A stretch of 64,000 nucleotides of DNA from NCBI GenBank assembly GCA_965263035.1, contig OZ253580.1, positions 1 to 64,000 of the forward strand, given 5' to 3'. The position numbers and the translations under genes are program-made. The notes beneath the pieces were generated by a model, which was not told the DNA's origin, did no database searches, and saw only the letters and a list, made by a program, of their open reading frames with translations. Positions 22,694 through 33,271 of the stretch are shown here, piece by piece. The stretch's first letter is position 1; each line of letters starts with the position of its first letter. The DNA comes from Acidobacteriota bacterium (GTDB lineage Bacteria; Acidobacteriota; UBA6911; RPQK01; JAJDTT01).

Positions 22694-24458
22694 CCCGGAT
22701 ATCTCAAAAGAAAGATTGATAAAGGCCGCGTTTTCTGCTATAAGTGTTGTGTAATCAATAACTTACAAAGCAGAAGGGACGCGACCTTATGACCGCAGAG
22801 TGTACCAGAATAAAGCTCAGATTTCAGGGCCTGGACGGACGGGATGTCGTGGGCCGGTTCGACGGCGGCGAGATCACCTCCGACGCCGGTGGCGTGCTCC
22901 TGCGCGAAGTGGAGCAGCGGACCCGGATTCTGGGTCGTCTGAGCGAATGCTTCACCGACTATCGAGACTCGGATCGAGTCGAACACCCGGTGGAGGCGTT
23001 GATCAAACAGCGGGTGCTGGGGCTGTGCCTGGGCTACGAGGACCTCAACGACCACGACGAGTTGTGCCGGGACCGGCTCTTGGCGCTGTTGTGTGATCGA
23101 GATGATCTGACGGGGGAGTTCCGGCGCGTGGAGTCGGATCGAGGCAAGCCGCTGGCAGGCAAGAGCACCCTGAACCGACTGGAGCGGACTCCGTTGGAGG
23201 GACCGGAGGGCGCGTACAAGAAGATCGTGGCCGACCCGGCGGGGATGGACGAGCTGCTGCTGGAGGTGTTTGTGGAAGCGCATCCGGAGCCCCCGGAGGA
23301 GGTGATCCTGGATGTAGACGCCACGGACGATCCGCTGCATGGGAAGCAGGAGGGACGGTTCTTCCACGGCTATTACAAACGCTACTGCTACCTGCCGCTG
23401 TACGTCTTCTGTGGGGAACATCTGTTGTGTGCGCGGCTGCGCACGGCGGATCGAGGCGCGGCCCACGGGGTGGTGGCGGAGTTGGAACCGATCGTGAGGC
23501 GGCTGCGTGAAGCGTGGCCCCAGGTGCGGATCACGGTTCGAGGGGACAGTGCCTTCTCCAACGACGAGTTGATGGTCTGGTGCGAGAAGGAAGGGATCGA
23601 TTACGTCCTGGGGTTGGCGCAGAACGATCGGCTGAAGCGGAGGATCGCGACCCGGATGGAGACCGTCCGGCAGTTGCAGCGGGCGATCGGGAAGGCCGTG
23701 AGGCAGTTCCAGGAACTGCGCTATCAGACGCACAAGAGTTGGTCGTGCGAGCGCCGGGTGGTGGCGAAGGTGGAGCACCTGCCCCGGGGAAAGAACCCGC
23801 GATTCATCGTGACTTCGGTCCCGGTCCAGGAATGCGATGGGCGAAGATTGTACGAGGAGGTCTACTGCGCGCGGGGAGACATGGAGAATCGGATAAAGGA
23901 ACAGCAGATGGGTCTGTTTGCGGACCGCACGTCGACCCGGAAGCTGGCGGGGAATCAACTGCGGTTGTATTTCTCGGCATTCGCCTACGTGATGATGGAG
24001 ACGTTGCGACGGGTGGGGCTGGCGGGGACGAAGCTGGCGCGGGCGCAGAGCTGGACCCTGCGGGTGAGATTGCTGAAGATCGGGGCACAGGTCCGAATCA
24101 CCAGCCGCAAGGTCTGGTTGTCCTTTTCCGAGAGCTATCCGTATGCGGCGCTGTTGAGGACGGCTCTGACGCAAGTGCAAGCCCTCCCGCTTCGCTGTTA
24201 GCAACGGATGGAAAGAACTCTTTGGACGATGGCGACTTGGGAGTCCCCAGGATGGACTGCGCCCCGGAGTGGGCACCGGGTCGAGAGTCGTCGCTCAGAA
24301 GCGCAGGATGGGCGTCAAAAGGCTCTGGAGAAGCGCTGCATCTGGCCGTTGGTCGGCACGTTCGAGCACGAAAACTGCCTCTTGAACTCGTATGGATAAA
24401 GAATCACCCAGACGACGGTTCAACTTCCGTTTATTGTTCTACTGATGAGAAATGCAGG
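22694..24458 (+). mobile_element. IS1380-family element
   Basis: TIRs CCCGGATATCTCA / CCTGCATTTCTCA; CTAG on both sides. Confidence 0.9.
22789..24201 (+). CDS. IS1380 transposase
   Basis: FDGGEITSDAG, LDVDATDDPLHG, RGDSAF, RGDMENRIKE. Confidence 0.95.
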   Translation: MTAECTRIKLRFQGLDGRDVVGRFDGGEITSDAGGVLLREVEQRTRILGRLSECFTDYRDSDRVEHPVEALIKQRVLGLCLGYEDLNDHDELCRDRLLALLCDRDDLTGEFRRVESDRGKPLAGKSTLNRLERTPLEGPEGAYKKIVADPAGMDELLLEVFVEAHPEPPEEVILDVDATDDPLHGKQEGRFFHGYYKRYCYLPLYVFCGEHLLCARLRTADRGAAHGVVAELEPIVRRLREAWPQVRITVRGDSAFSNDELMVWCEKEGIDYVLGLAQNDRLKRRIATRMETVRQLQRAIGKAVRQFQELRYQTHKSWSCERRVVAKVEHLPRGKNPRFIVTSVPVQECDGRRLYEEVYCARGDMENRIKEQQMGLFADRTSTRKLAGNQLRLYFSAFAYVMMETLRRVGLAGTKLARAQSWTLRVRLLKIGAQVRITSRKVWLSFSESYPYAALLRTALTQVQALPLRC

Positions 24459-24625
24459 CTAGGAGCCTGCGCCGCAGAAATTGATCTACTGCGAAAGCGG
24501 TAGAATCGGTCCATATTTCCTCGATTTCTCGGCGAATAGAACAACTATGCACCTCAAAATCGAGAAAATCTGGCCTCGATTCCCCACTTTCTCGCTACGA
24601 TCATTTCTACCGCGCAGACTCCTAG
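24459..24625. mobile_element. MITE-A copy 5
   Basis: Same sequence; abuts IS1380 and MITE-B. Confidence 0.92.
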
Positions 24626-24738
24626 GAGGCTGTCCGAGAATGCGATTTTCGTCCAAATCGAAAGATTTAAGTTATTGATTTATAAGGAGATAGGTTTTAC
24701 GGGATCGTGAGTTTTGGAGTTCTCGGACAGCCTCCTAG
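24622..24738. mobile_element. MITE-B copy 1
   Basis: Perfect 16-bp TIR GGAGGCTGTCCGAGAA; CTAG flanks; internal IHF consensus. Confidence 0.85.
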
Positions 24739-27700
24739 AGGATGGGGGGTCCTCCGCGATTCGTGACGAGACCAACCTCGAACCGCTCGTAGATGGAGGC
24801 TTCCAGGCTCACCGCACCACCCACCTCTACAGCGCACCTCACAGACCTTGCTGACTCAAAGTTGGGAATCTCTTCATTGTCCTCGTTCAAGGGAGGGGTG
24901 AACGCGGAGAAGTAATCTGGAAGTCTTCCTTCCCACCTAGCTCCAGATCCAGCAATAAGCTTCCCGAACTCATCCCTGGAATGGCAACCTATGAGATATG
25001 GAGCATCTCTATACTTCCTTGAATCCTGTGTCCTGGGTGACCATTTCAAGGTGCATCGGGACAGAGAACCTCCTGGGTAGATGTCGCAGTCAATAAAGAT
25101 CGCGGAGTGGGCTTCTGCGTTTTCCTTGAACTTCCGATCATATTTGATTGGATCTGGGAGAGGCGTCGGAGGCGTAGGATCAGGATCATCCCATCCCAGC
25201 ACAATGCCGCTGGGCCCGCGCAACCCTGTGGTGACGAGGTCTTCCACCTGGGACCCGTCCAGATTGGCCCGCTGGATCTTTTCCGTCCCGTAGTCCGTCC
25301 AGTACATCTTGCCGGCACCCGGGTCCAGCACAATGCCGCTGGGCCCGCGCAACCCTGTGGTGACGAGGTCTTCCACCTGGGACCCGTCCAGGTTCGCCCG
25401 CTGGATCTTTTCCGTCCCGTAGTCCGTCCAGTACATCTTGCCGGCACCCGGGTCCAGCACAATGCCGCTGGGCCCGCGCAACCCTGTGGTGACGAGGTCT
25501 TCCACCTGGGACTCGTCCAGATTGGCCCGCTGGATCTTTTCCGTCCCGTAGTCCGTCCAGTACATCTTGCCGGCACCCGGGTCCAGCACAATGCCGCTGG
25601 GCCCGCGCAACCCTGTGGTGACGAGGTCTTCCACCTGGGACCCGTCCAGATTGGCCCGCTGGATCTTTTCCGTCCCGTAGTCCGTCCAGTACATCTTGCC
25701 GGCACCCGGGTCCAGCACAATGCCGCTGGGCCCGCGCAACCCTGTGGTGACGAGGTCTTCCACCTGGGACCCGTCCAGATTGGCCCGCTGGATCTTTTCC
25801 GTCCCGTAGTCCGTCCAGTACATCTTGCCGGCACCCGGGTCCAGGGCAATGCCGCTGGGCCCGCGCAACCCTGTGGTGACGAGGTCTTCCACCTGGGACC
25901 CGTCCAGGTTCGCCCGCTGGATCTTTTCCGTCGCCACGTCCGTCCAGTAGATCTTCGTCGAAACCGGGCTGGGGGGAGGAGGAGCACCCAATCCGACCCG
26001 CTCGAAGACCACGATCCCTTGATCTTCGGTGTCCAGGTAGGCGTGTCTGCCGTCGGGACTCGCCGCCAGATTCCGAGTGGGTCCGAAATCGGGAACAGGG
26101 TGATTGAAGCGGTCCTGCTGCCACGGCGCAACGAAGTCGGTCACCGCCAGAGCATCGGATTCCGGCTGCCATTGGACGGCGAAGGCCACGTCCTGGCAGA
26201 AGACATCGACCGCCGGGATTCCCCTTCGCGCACTGGCGAATCGGCACTGGTTTCTCCAACCGTACGACCACGGCCGGGCCCAAAACTGCGGCAACCTGTC
26301 GAGCGCACTCGGATTGGAAGGGTTCTGTTCCAAATCATACACGTTCGTCCTGGTTCCGTCGCCGTCGAAGACGAACAGGTACCGGTCGTCGCTGGTGATC
26401 GCCAATGCTTCGGCGCGCCACGTCAGACTTGCGCGATACGCCGTCTGCGTGAGTCGACTCGTGTTGGCGTCACGTCGGAAGACGACCAGGTAGAAGTCCG
26501 TGACCGCGTAGACATGGCTGCCGCCATTGGAGATCACGGCTCGTTTGAGTCCGTGGACCTCCAAGGTCTGGACATGCCGCAGATCTCCCTCCGCATCCAA
26601 GGCCAGGACCTGCAACCGACCTGCGGAGGGAAGAACCGCGTTCAGGAACGAGCCTCCACCGTCCATAAAGACGTCGCCGAATACGCCGACTCCGCACTCG
26701 GAGGCGTCCGGCGGATCCCCGCTGACCGAAATCGTCCCCTCGTCCTCAAGTTCCTGTTGGGTTTCATCGAGCGGTGCGAACCTGCGCCAAGTCCCACAGC
26801 GATGGGCGTAGAGTTGGTCTCGATGCGGGTCCCAGATCAGAGAGGCGTCTTCGAGACCGTCGTCTTCCAATAGTTGAACAAACGTGAGGCCTCCGGTCCT
26901 CGGATCTCGTTCGAAGACTTGCAGTCCCAGCTTCGACGCCACGTACAGAGCCGTGCCGCGGTCGTTGAATGCCAAACTGGACGGCCCGCTGAGCTGCACC
27001 GAAGTTCCGCTGGCGTCCAGGTCGCCGTCGGCCAGGCGTGCAGCGTACTTGAGCCAGACCGGCGGTTCGGTTTCTCCCCAGTGCATCGTGAAATCGCCGC
27101 CGCCCCCACGGCCGCGGCCCCCCAGCCGAATCGTGTAGCGTTCCCTTTCTTCGGCATGAACGATCACCTCGATCCCGTCGGTCTCGACCCCTTCCGGCTG
27201 ATGGCTGCTCCTGACGAACTCCAGACCTCCGAACCCGTCCCCGCCTTCCCTGTAAACGGCTAGCACCCACGATCCGTCCGGATCGTCCACCCAGAATCGA
27301 TGCCAACCGGTCGCGGTGGCTTCGTAGGTCCACCAGAGCGACGAATGACCCAGCACGGAGCCCCGTTCACCGCGCTCGAGAGTCGCGAAACGATTCGAAC
27401 CCGAGAGGGACCCGGCGGCTCCCGTCAGCGTCGCGGCACGGGCCAGATGATTGTTGTCGGGAGTCGGTCCCCAGGTCATACTGGCGCACGAATTACTGGT
27501 TGAATACGCCGCGATGTCTCCTGTCGGAAAACCGACGGTGAGCCAGTATCGGTGCCCGCCTCTTGCCTGCAATACGAAATCGGACGGCACGGTATCGGGT
27601 CCGGTCCGGGACAGGAACTGCAGATCTTCGGACGACGGCCCGGTGAACACCGTCAACTGCAACTTGGGGTAGTGCGGGTCCCCCTGGCCACCATCTTCGA

Positions 27701-30700
27701 GCCGCCAGGTATACCGTCCGGATGCCGGCGCCTCCCACACCCACCACCTCGTCCTGACTCCGGTCTCGAGGGGTTCGCCCGGCTCCACCGTCGTTGAACT
27801 GCCGGTGCAGACGATGTGTTGGGAAGAGGGCTCACTCTCGATCTCCTCCGCGTCAACGATATCGTCGTTGGCCGGAAAGTACCGATTTGAGGATTTCCAA
27901 CTCAATTCATACGGACCGCCGGACTCGTAAGCGTTCCGGTCGGCGACGGCGACGTGATAATCTCGGCCAGCGCCAGCGGGGAAGGACACGTATGAACCAC
28001 GGTAGTCAGAAACCAGCCGGAGTGTGCTAATGTCGTCCCCCTCGAATACGAAGATATATTTGAAAGGCTCGCTCGAGAATGCCCACCGGCCGTCGTCGGG
28101 AGCCGTCCACCGGTGCCAGGTGGTGCCTGCGAACCCGCCGAACCACTCGCCGGGCTCCAGCGTGGCGCCCTGGGTGGTCCCCTCAACCTCGCCCGCGTCC
28201 CCCTCCAGATCGGTGGCCCGCGCGAAATTGTCGTTCACCGGACGGTCCCCCTGAGACCAGCGGAGATCGACGGGCGTCCCCCGGCCCAGATGGCTCACCC
28301 GGATTCGATAGGATTGTTCCTTCTTGGCAAAAAATTGTGTCCGCCACTGATTGGAAGAGACCGTTTCCAAGGTCGAGATTCGATCGCCGCGGAAAACGTC
28401 GACGCGATCGTCGCGTCCGTCTCCGCTCTTCTCCGGCGGGTGGAGGTTGAAACGAACCGCACCGTCCGCCGGCGCCGTCCACCGGTACCAGACCGATCCG
28501 GCGGGCCGACCTTGACGGGAAGTGAACGACGGTTCCCCCGGCTCGGGGGTCGCCAGCACCAGGTCCACCTCATGCGAGCCCTGTTGCCCTCCGATGACCG
28601 CTGCCGAAGCGAATTCGTCGTGGGCGGGGCTTTGGGCCCTCCCGGGACCACGGCCTCCATTCGGCGCCACTTCCACCGAGACGGAGGCCGCCGTGGCATT
28701 CCACGCGCTCGCCGTGAAGTAGAGGCGGACCGGATCCATCGGGACGGACGAAACGCCGAACCGGACTTCCTGAGTCTCGCCGGCCGCGACCTCACCGAGC
28801 GGGATCGACACGCCCGGACGGATCAGCGGGCCCACTTCATCCGTCAGATCGACTGAAACCCCATCCTCGCGAGACACGGCCATGGAATCGATGCGGAGCT
28901 GCTCACACCCGGAGGTCTCCCCTGTATCCCGGCAATCCAGGTGCAGCCGGCTCCCGGCCGCCACGTATTCGTCTGCGGTCACCGTTACGGTCAGATCCTG
29001 CTCCCCATCGCCCACAAGACGGGTCCGGTCGGTGTCGATCACCAAGTTCGGAGTGGACGCCCCCCGGATCACCGTCCACGCCAGCGCCGCCCGAGGAGGT
29101 GCGGTGTAGACCCGCCGCGCCACCACCTTCGCCCGGTACGTGCCCGGCCGCGGATTCCTCACGATGATCCACTCCACGTTGTCCACCCGGGACGCGGAAG
29201 AGTGCTCTCCGCACGCTCCGTCGCCGCAGTTGCCGTCCCGGTCCAGCCAAAGGTCCAGATCGTTCAACACCGTGCTGGTGACGGTGTCCGCCGGGGGTTC
29301 GTCCCAGGTCATCACCAGGTCGAGGCGGCTGGCGCCCACCGGTACCTCGATGTCCACTTCGCCGATCTCTCCCTCCGTTAGCGCGCCCCACGCTCCGCCG
29401 CCGTGCCAGCCGCCGCGACCAGACCGATTCAGCACGCTGGTGCGTGCCGACACCTTGCCCAGGCCGTACTGCGCCTGCAGGGAGCCGGGTCCACCAGTGT
29501 TGGTCGAAGGGAAGGCGTCCGGCGCATCCAGCCAGGGATCCGGCCGGATGGCGCCGGCCATGAGCCGGGCCCGGGCCAACGCCGGCCGTTCCCGGTGCTC
29601 GGGGGCCACATCCATGAGCAGGGCGGCCACCCCCGCCACCGTGGGCGAAGCCATGCTGGTGCCGCTGAGCGCGACATATTCCCCGCGGCTCCCGTCACCG
29701 CGGGTCGAGTGGACGCGGACGCCCGTGGCGACGACCTGAGGTGCCAGGCGTCCGTCCGCCGTGGGCCCGTGGCTGCTGAACCCCACGAGGTCGCCGCTGT
29801 CCAGGGCGGCGCCCACCGAAAGCGAGCTTTTGGCGGTACCGAAGTTGGAGAAACCGTTGATGTTGGCGTTCGACTGCGCAACGACATAAAGCTGGCGGTG
29901 GCTCCAGACGATGGAGTCGAGCTTGCGTTCGGAGGATCCCCGGCCCTCCCACGTCCTGGACGTTGCGGCCAGGCTCATGTTGACGATCAGGGGCTTGACG
30001 GCTACGGAGGATCGGCCCTCCTCGGCACACCCGGTCGCTTCGGCCAGGAAGTCCATCCCGCGAAAGATGCCCTCAAATGACCCATAACCAAGAAGTGACA
30101 GCACTTTAGCGAAGCGGATATGCCTCACAGCGGGCGCCATGCCTGCGAAACGCGGCTGGACGGTACCGTTGCCGCCAATGGTCCCAGTGACGTGGGTCCC
30201 GTGGCCACCCTCATCGATCCACAAATCCTCGGCCTCGCGGAACGTTCCGTCGGGTCCCCCGACATACCACACGAAGTTGGCGCCGCAGATGCTCTCTCGG
30301 TTCGACGAGATGTCCAGGTGATTGACGTTGAGCCCCGTGTCCATGACGCCGATAGGGACGGAAGCGCCACCCATCCCGGAAAAGATCCCGGGAGAACCGT
30401 CGTAAGCACGCAGGACATCCGCCCCCATGGCGGGAACGGCTGTATCGTGCGCCGGCCGGACGATGCCGACCCGCTCGATGGCCAGCACGTAATCCAAAGT
30501 GGCGATGGATTCCACCTGGTCGTAGGCCAGGCTGGCCGTGTAGGCCCGCAGGTCCGGATCGAACCGGGCCACCACCACGCCCTGGTCCTCCAATGACCGC
30601 CGCCACCGGCCGTCGGGATCGTCCGTCATCAGGGTTATGAATACCGGTGCCTGTTCCTGCGGAGGCGCCTCCCGGGCCTCGCGGACGAACCTCTCGGAGA

Positions 30701-31400
30701 GCTTCCTGTCTACGGGCACAGCGCCCAGTCCATCGACTTCCGGCAAGGCCGCGATCTCCTGCAACAGGGCCGGTTCGCCCGGCAGTTGCGCGCGCACGAG
30801 ATGGCCCGAGGAACCGAGGGCGGTCGCGCCGAACTTGGAGAGCAGCCCGGTCACCTCGTTCGGCTTCGCGTCCTCGGCCAGCCGGACCCAGCCGAAGGAC
30901 CAGTCCCGTCCGGCGGCAGACGCCTGGGTGGCGAGGACCTCGATGGAAGTGACCGCGTCCAGCCAGTCCGGACCAGGCCCCGCCGGCTCGTCTCCAGCGT
31001 CGACCTCGACTGCGATTCGTGCCCGGGGCATCTCTCCGTGGTAGGAGACGAAGGAATATCCTTCGGGCGGCGAGTGCACCGTCTCCTCCGCGGAGCCGTC
31101 GAGGAGGGGCGGCGTTTCAGAAGATCGGGGCGGGGCCTGGAGCTGCGGCTCCAAGACGATTCCTCGGCTCTCGGCTTCGATTCGGGCCAGGGCAGCGCGC
31201 GACGCCTTGGCCTCCCCGGTCAGGGACACGGCTCCGGCCTCTTCTCCGGGCGCCCGGTAGTAGACGATCAACCCCGCCAGGCTCGCGACCAAGGCCAACG
31301 ACACCAAGACGTCGGAGTAGTCTCTTGTTTTTTTTGGCCTGTGCCTCTGAGGTCCCGAGCCGGCACTGTCGTTTCTGTAAGGAGTTCTGATCGTGATCAT
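24735..31400 (-). CDS. S8 subtilisin-like protease with beta-propeller and YWTD (LDL-receptor class B) repeats
   Basis: Triad GVMDTG / GHGTHV / SGTSMA; N-terminal TM segment; six YWTD repeats. Confidence 0.9.
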   Translation of the reverse strand: MITIRTPYRNDSAGSGPQRHRPKKTRDYSDVLVSLALVASLAGLIVYYRAPGEEAGAVSLTGEAKASRAALARIEAESRGIVLEPQLQAPPRSSETPPLLDGSAEETVHSPPEGYSFVSYHGEMPRARIAVEVDAGDEPAGPGPDWLDAVTSIEVLATQASAAGRDWSFGWVRLAEDAKPNEVTGLLSKFGATALGSSGHLVRAQLPGEPALLQEIAALPEVDGLGAVPVDRKLSERFVREAREAPPQEQAPVFITLMTDDPDGRWRRSLEDQGVVVARFDPDLRAYTASLAYDQVESIATLDYVLAIERVGIVRPAHDTAVPAMGADVLRAYDGSPGIFSGMGGASVPIGVMDTGLNVNHLDISSNRESICGANFVWYVGGPDGTFREAEDLWIDEGGHGTHVTGTIGGNGTVQPRFAGMAPAVRHIRFAKVLSLLGYGSFEGIFRGMDFLAEATGCAEEGRSSVAVKPLIVNMSLAATSRTWEGRGSSERKLDSIVWSHRQLYVVAQSNANINGFSNFGTAKSSLSVGAALDSGDLVGFSSHGPTADGRLAPQVVATGVRVHSTRGDGSRGEYVALSGTSMASPTVAGVAALLMDVAPEHRERPALARARLMAGAIRPDPWLDAPDAFPSTNTGGPGSLQAQYGLGKVSARTSVLNRSGRGGWHGGGAWGALTEGEIGEVDIEVPVGASRLDLVMTWDEPPADTVTSTVLNDLDLWLDRDGNCGDGACGEHSSASRVDNVEWIIVRNPRPGTYRAKVVARRVYTAPPRAALAWTVIRGASTPNLVIDTDRTRLVGDGEQDLTVTVTADEYVAAGSRLHLDCRDTGETSGCEQLRIDSMAVSREDGVSVDLTDEVGPLIRPGVSIPLGEVAAGETQEVRFGVSSVPMDPVRLYFTASAWNATAASVSVEVAPNGGRGPGRAQSPAHDEFASAAVIGGQQGSHEVDLVLATPEPGEPSFTSRQGRPAGSVWYRWTAPADGAVRFNLHPPEKSGDGRDDRVDVFRGDRISTLETVSSNQWRTQFFAKKEQSYRIRVSHLGRGTPVDLRWSQGDRPVNDNFARATDLEGDAGEVEGTTQGATLEPGEWFGGFAGTTWHRWTAPDDGRWAFSSEPFKYIFVFEGDDISTLRLVSDYRGSYVSFPAGAGRDYHVAVADRNAYESGGPYELSWKSSNRYFPANDDIVDAEEIESEPSSQHIVCTGSSTTVEPGEPLETGVRTRWWVWEAPASGRYTWRLEDGGQGDPHYPKLQLTVFTGPSSEDLQFLSRTGPDTVPSDFVLQARGGHRYWLTVGFPTGDIAAYSTSNSCASMTWGPTPDNNHLARAATLTGAAGSLSGSNRFATLERGERGSVLGHSSLWWTYEATATGWHRFWVDDPDGSWVLAVYREGGDGFGGLEFVRSSHQPEGVETDGIEVIVHAEERERYTIRLGGRGRGGGGDFTMHWGETEPPVWLKYAARLADGDLDASGTSVQLSGPSSLAFNDRGTALYVASKLGLQVFERDPRTGGLTFVQLLEDDGLEDASLIWDPHRDQLYAHRCGTWRRFAPLDETQQELEDEGTISVSGDPPDASECGVGVFGDVFMDGGGSFLNAVLPSAGRLQVLALDAEGDLRHVQTLEVHGLKRAVISNGGSHVYAVTDFYLVVFRRDANTSRLTQTAYRASLTWRAEALAITSDDRYLFVFDGDGTRTNVYDLEQNPSNPSALDRLPQFWARPWSYGWRNQCRFASARRGIPAVDVFCQDVAFAVQWQPESDALAVTDFVAPWQQDRFNHPVPDFGPTRNLAASPDGRHAYLDTEDQGIVVFERVGLGAPPPPSPVSTKIYWTDVATEKIQRANLDGSQVEDLVTTGLRGPSGIALDPGAGKMYWTDYGTEKIQRANLDGSQVEDLVTTGLRGPSGIVLDPGAGKMYWTDYGTEKIQRANLDGSQVEDLVTTGLRGPSGIVLDPGAGKMYWTDYGTEKIQRANLDESQVEDLVTTGLRGPSGIVLDPGAGKMYWTDYGTEKIQRANLDGSQVEDLVTTGLRGPSGIVLDPGAGKMYWTDYGTEKIQRANLDGSQVEDLVTTGLRGPSGIVLGWDDPDPTPPTPLPDPIKYDRKFKENAEAHSAIFIDCDIYPGGSLSRCTLKWSPRTQDSRKYRDAPYLIGCHSRDEFGKLIAGSGARWEGRLPDYFSAFTPPLNEDNEEIPNFESARSVRCAVEVGGAVSLEASIYERFEVGLVTNRGGPPIL
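25198..25956 (-). repeat. Six near-identical 129-bp (43-aa) YWTD tandem repeats
   Basis: Unit recurs at 25201, 25330, 25459, 25588, 25717, 25846. Confidence 0.95.
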
Positions 31401-32497
31401 AACTCCTTATCCAGGGTGAAATCGGATGGGCTCACTCTCCGAAGCCGCGATCCGGCGGACTTGGAGCTTGATCGCCGCCGGGAGGCTTGTCGTCGCCAAC
31501 GATCCTCCGGCGCAAGAATTTAGAGTAGCAGCAGACGGGAAAACGGGAAAATATGAAGGCACAAGCTACCTTACACGACTCACGTGATATTAAGGTGAAT
31601 TTACAGTCTAATATGGTGAAATATTAGTGAAATCTTGCCTCAATGCGCGATCCGTGCCGCTTACCGGGTTCGGTACGGCTCGAACTCGGTCCCTCCATCG
31701 AGCCGGCGGATGGCGACGCTGAACCGGGTTTCGCCCCGGGGTCCGACGAGGTTGGACCATGGAAGAGGGCCGAAGAACTGAGGCGAGAGAACCCGACTCC
31801 CACAACAGAGGGCGCATGAGCACCTGAGAGGGAGGCCCGGAGACGCGCCATCCACTCCTCACAGCTAAGCGGTGGCTTCACAGTTCACCCCCCCTAAAAG
31901 CCGCTTGGTCTGACCGGTACGGTCACGCGTCAGTTAAGGATTGCGGACTTCTCCGCACGGCGCTTGCGGCGGGCTTGGGCGGAGACCTTTCCCATCCGCG
32001 TGTTCTTATCGTAGGCCCGTTGGAGTGAAGAACATGACGCTGTAGCAAAGCACGTCGAGCGGCTCCCAGCCGTGATCTTCGGCGAAGCGCTCCACGGCCT
32101 CGACCATCTGGGGCGGGAACACCTCGTTTTCCGGGTCTACTTCAGGCGGGAAACCCCACACGGCCAAGAGCATCCTGTAACTCCCTATCGTTCGCTTTGT
32201 TGAGCGTGTCCCGATTCGTCATGTCCTTCCCCCCCAGACCCCCTCTTCCATCCCAAAACCAACTCCAAATGCGGACCGAAGACGGACCAACCCACTCCCC
32301 ATCCACAGGGGATCCATCCAGGGCCTACCCCCCCCCGTGGAAAATCAGAGATTTCCCACCGGGTGCTACGGCGCGCTTCATAGGCCAACGAGAACCGAAG
32401 ACCAACAAATTAAACTCTCCAAGAGAAAGAAAGTCCGGACCCGAGCACTGTCAAAAGTTTGGACGATTTCAGCCCAAAAACCGGCCCGGCCCCAGGA

Positions 32498-33271
32498 CTA
32501 ACCTGTGTAGTTCATGTAACACCCCGAAAGAGCGGAGCGTCCCGGTGGACAATATGGTGGACGGATCACCCTGACACCCCGTGCAGGCGAGCCAGAGAGC
32601 GTATCGAGGCTCCGCTTAGCCAAGCCTGGACGGGGGATGGCCTGGTCGCGATCCTGCGTCCGCTTACGGCGGGTCTGGCCGCTTCTAATGCCCCGCTCCC
32701 GGCCCCAGTTCGTCCGCTCCGCATCACCCGGGGCCCCGAACTGACCCCGCTTGATCCACTTGCGCCGGTAGCGCTCTACCGATCGCGAGATCCCGGCGAC
32801 TTCCGGCGGGTCCAGAGGGACCAGAAAGGCGTCATTGATCCGGTGGGCCTCGTTAAAGACCGGCAGGCCGAGGTTCGTTGGGGAACCAGCCCACTTCATG
32901 CAGTGGCAGAAGACGTCGCAGTTCCGGCCCGCCGCCGTGCGGCTCACCTTTGGCCTGCGCCAGCGGAAAGGGATGTAATCACCCAGCTCGCCCAGGGTGT
33001 ACGGCTTCCGGCGGAGCCAATGCGTCTTGAAGCCCCGGAGCTGGGCGTCCTCCATGGGATTGTGTGTCAGGACGCCCGTATAACCCGCGTCGGCTCCCAA
33101 CACGGCGGCGTGATACTCGGAGATGCGGGCCCAGCGCCGCAAAGACGATACCCGCGCATCATCACCACTGTGGACCGGAGTCGCCAGCGTCCAGACCCCA
33201 TGAATCCCGCCCGCCGCCCAGTAGACTGCGCACACCTTCCACAGCGGGCCGGGACTTTTGCACGCATAAAC
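32498..33271 (-). pseudogene. ColE2-type replicase/PriCT-1 remnant, interrupted by IS3
   Basis: HGVWTLATPV, YTGVLTHNP, GRNCDVF...WA, PLDPPEVAGISRSV. Confidence 0.7.

Noticed and set aside
22738-24276. Long antisense ORFs (512 aa here; also 25107-26873, 39149-40840, 2822-3970)
   Set aside because: GC-rich shadow frames of clear genes on the other strand
25198-25956. CRISPR or non-coding repeat array
   Set aside because: In-frame 43-aa coding repeats with no unique spacers
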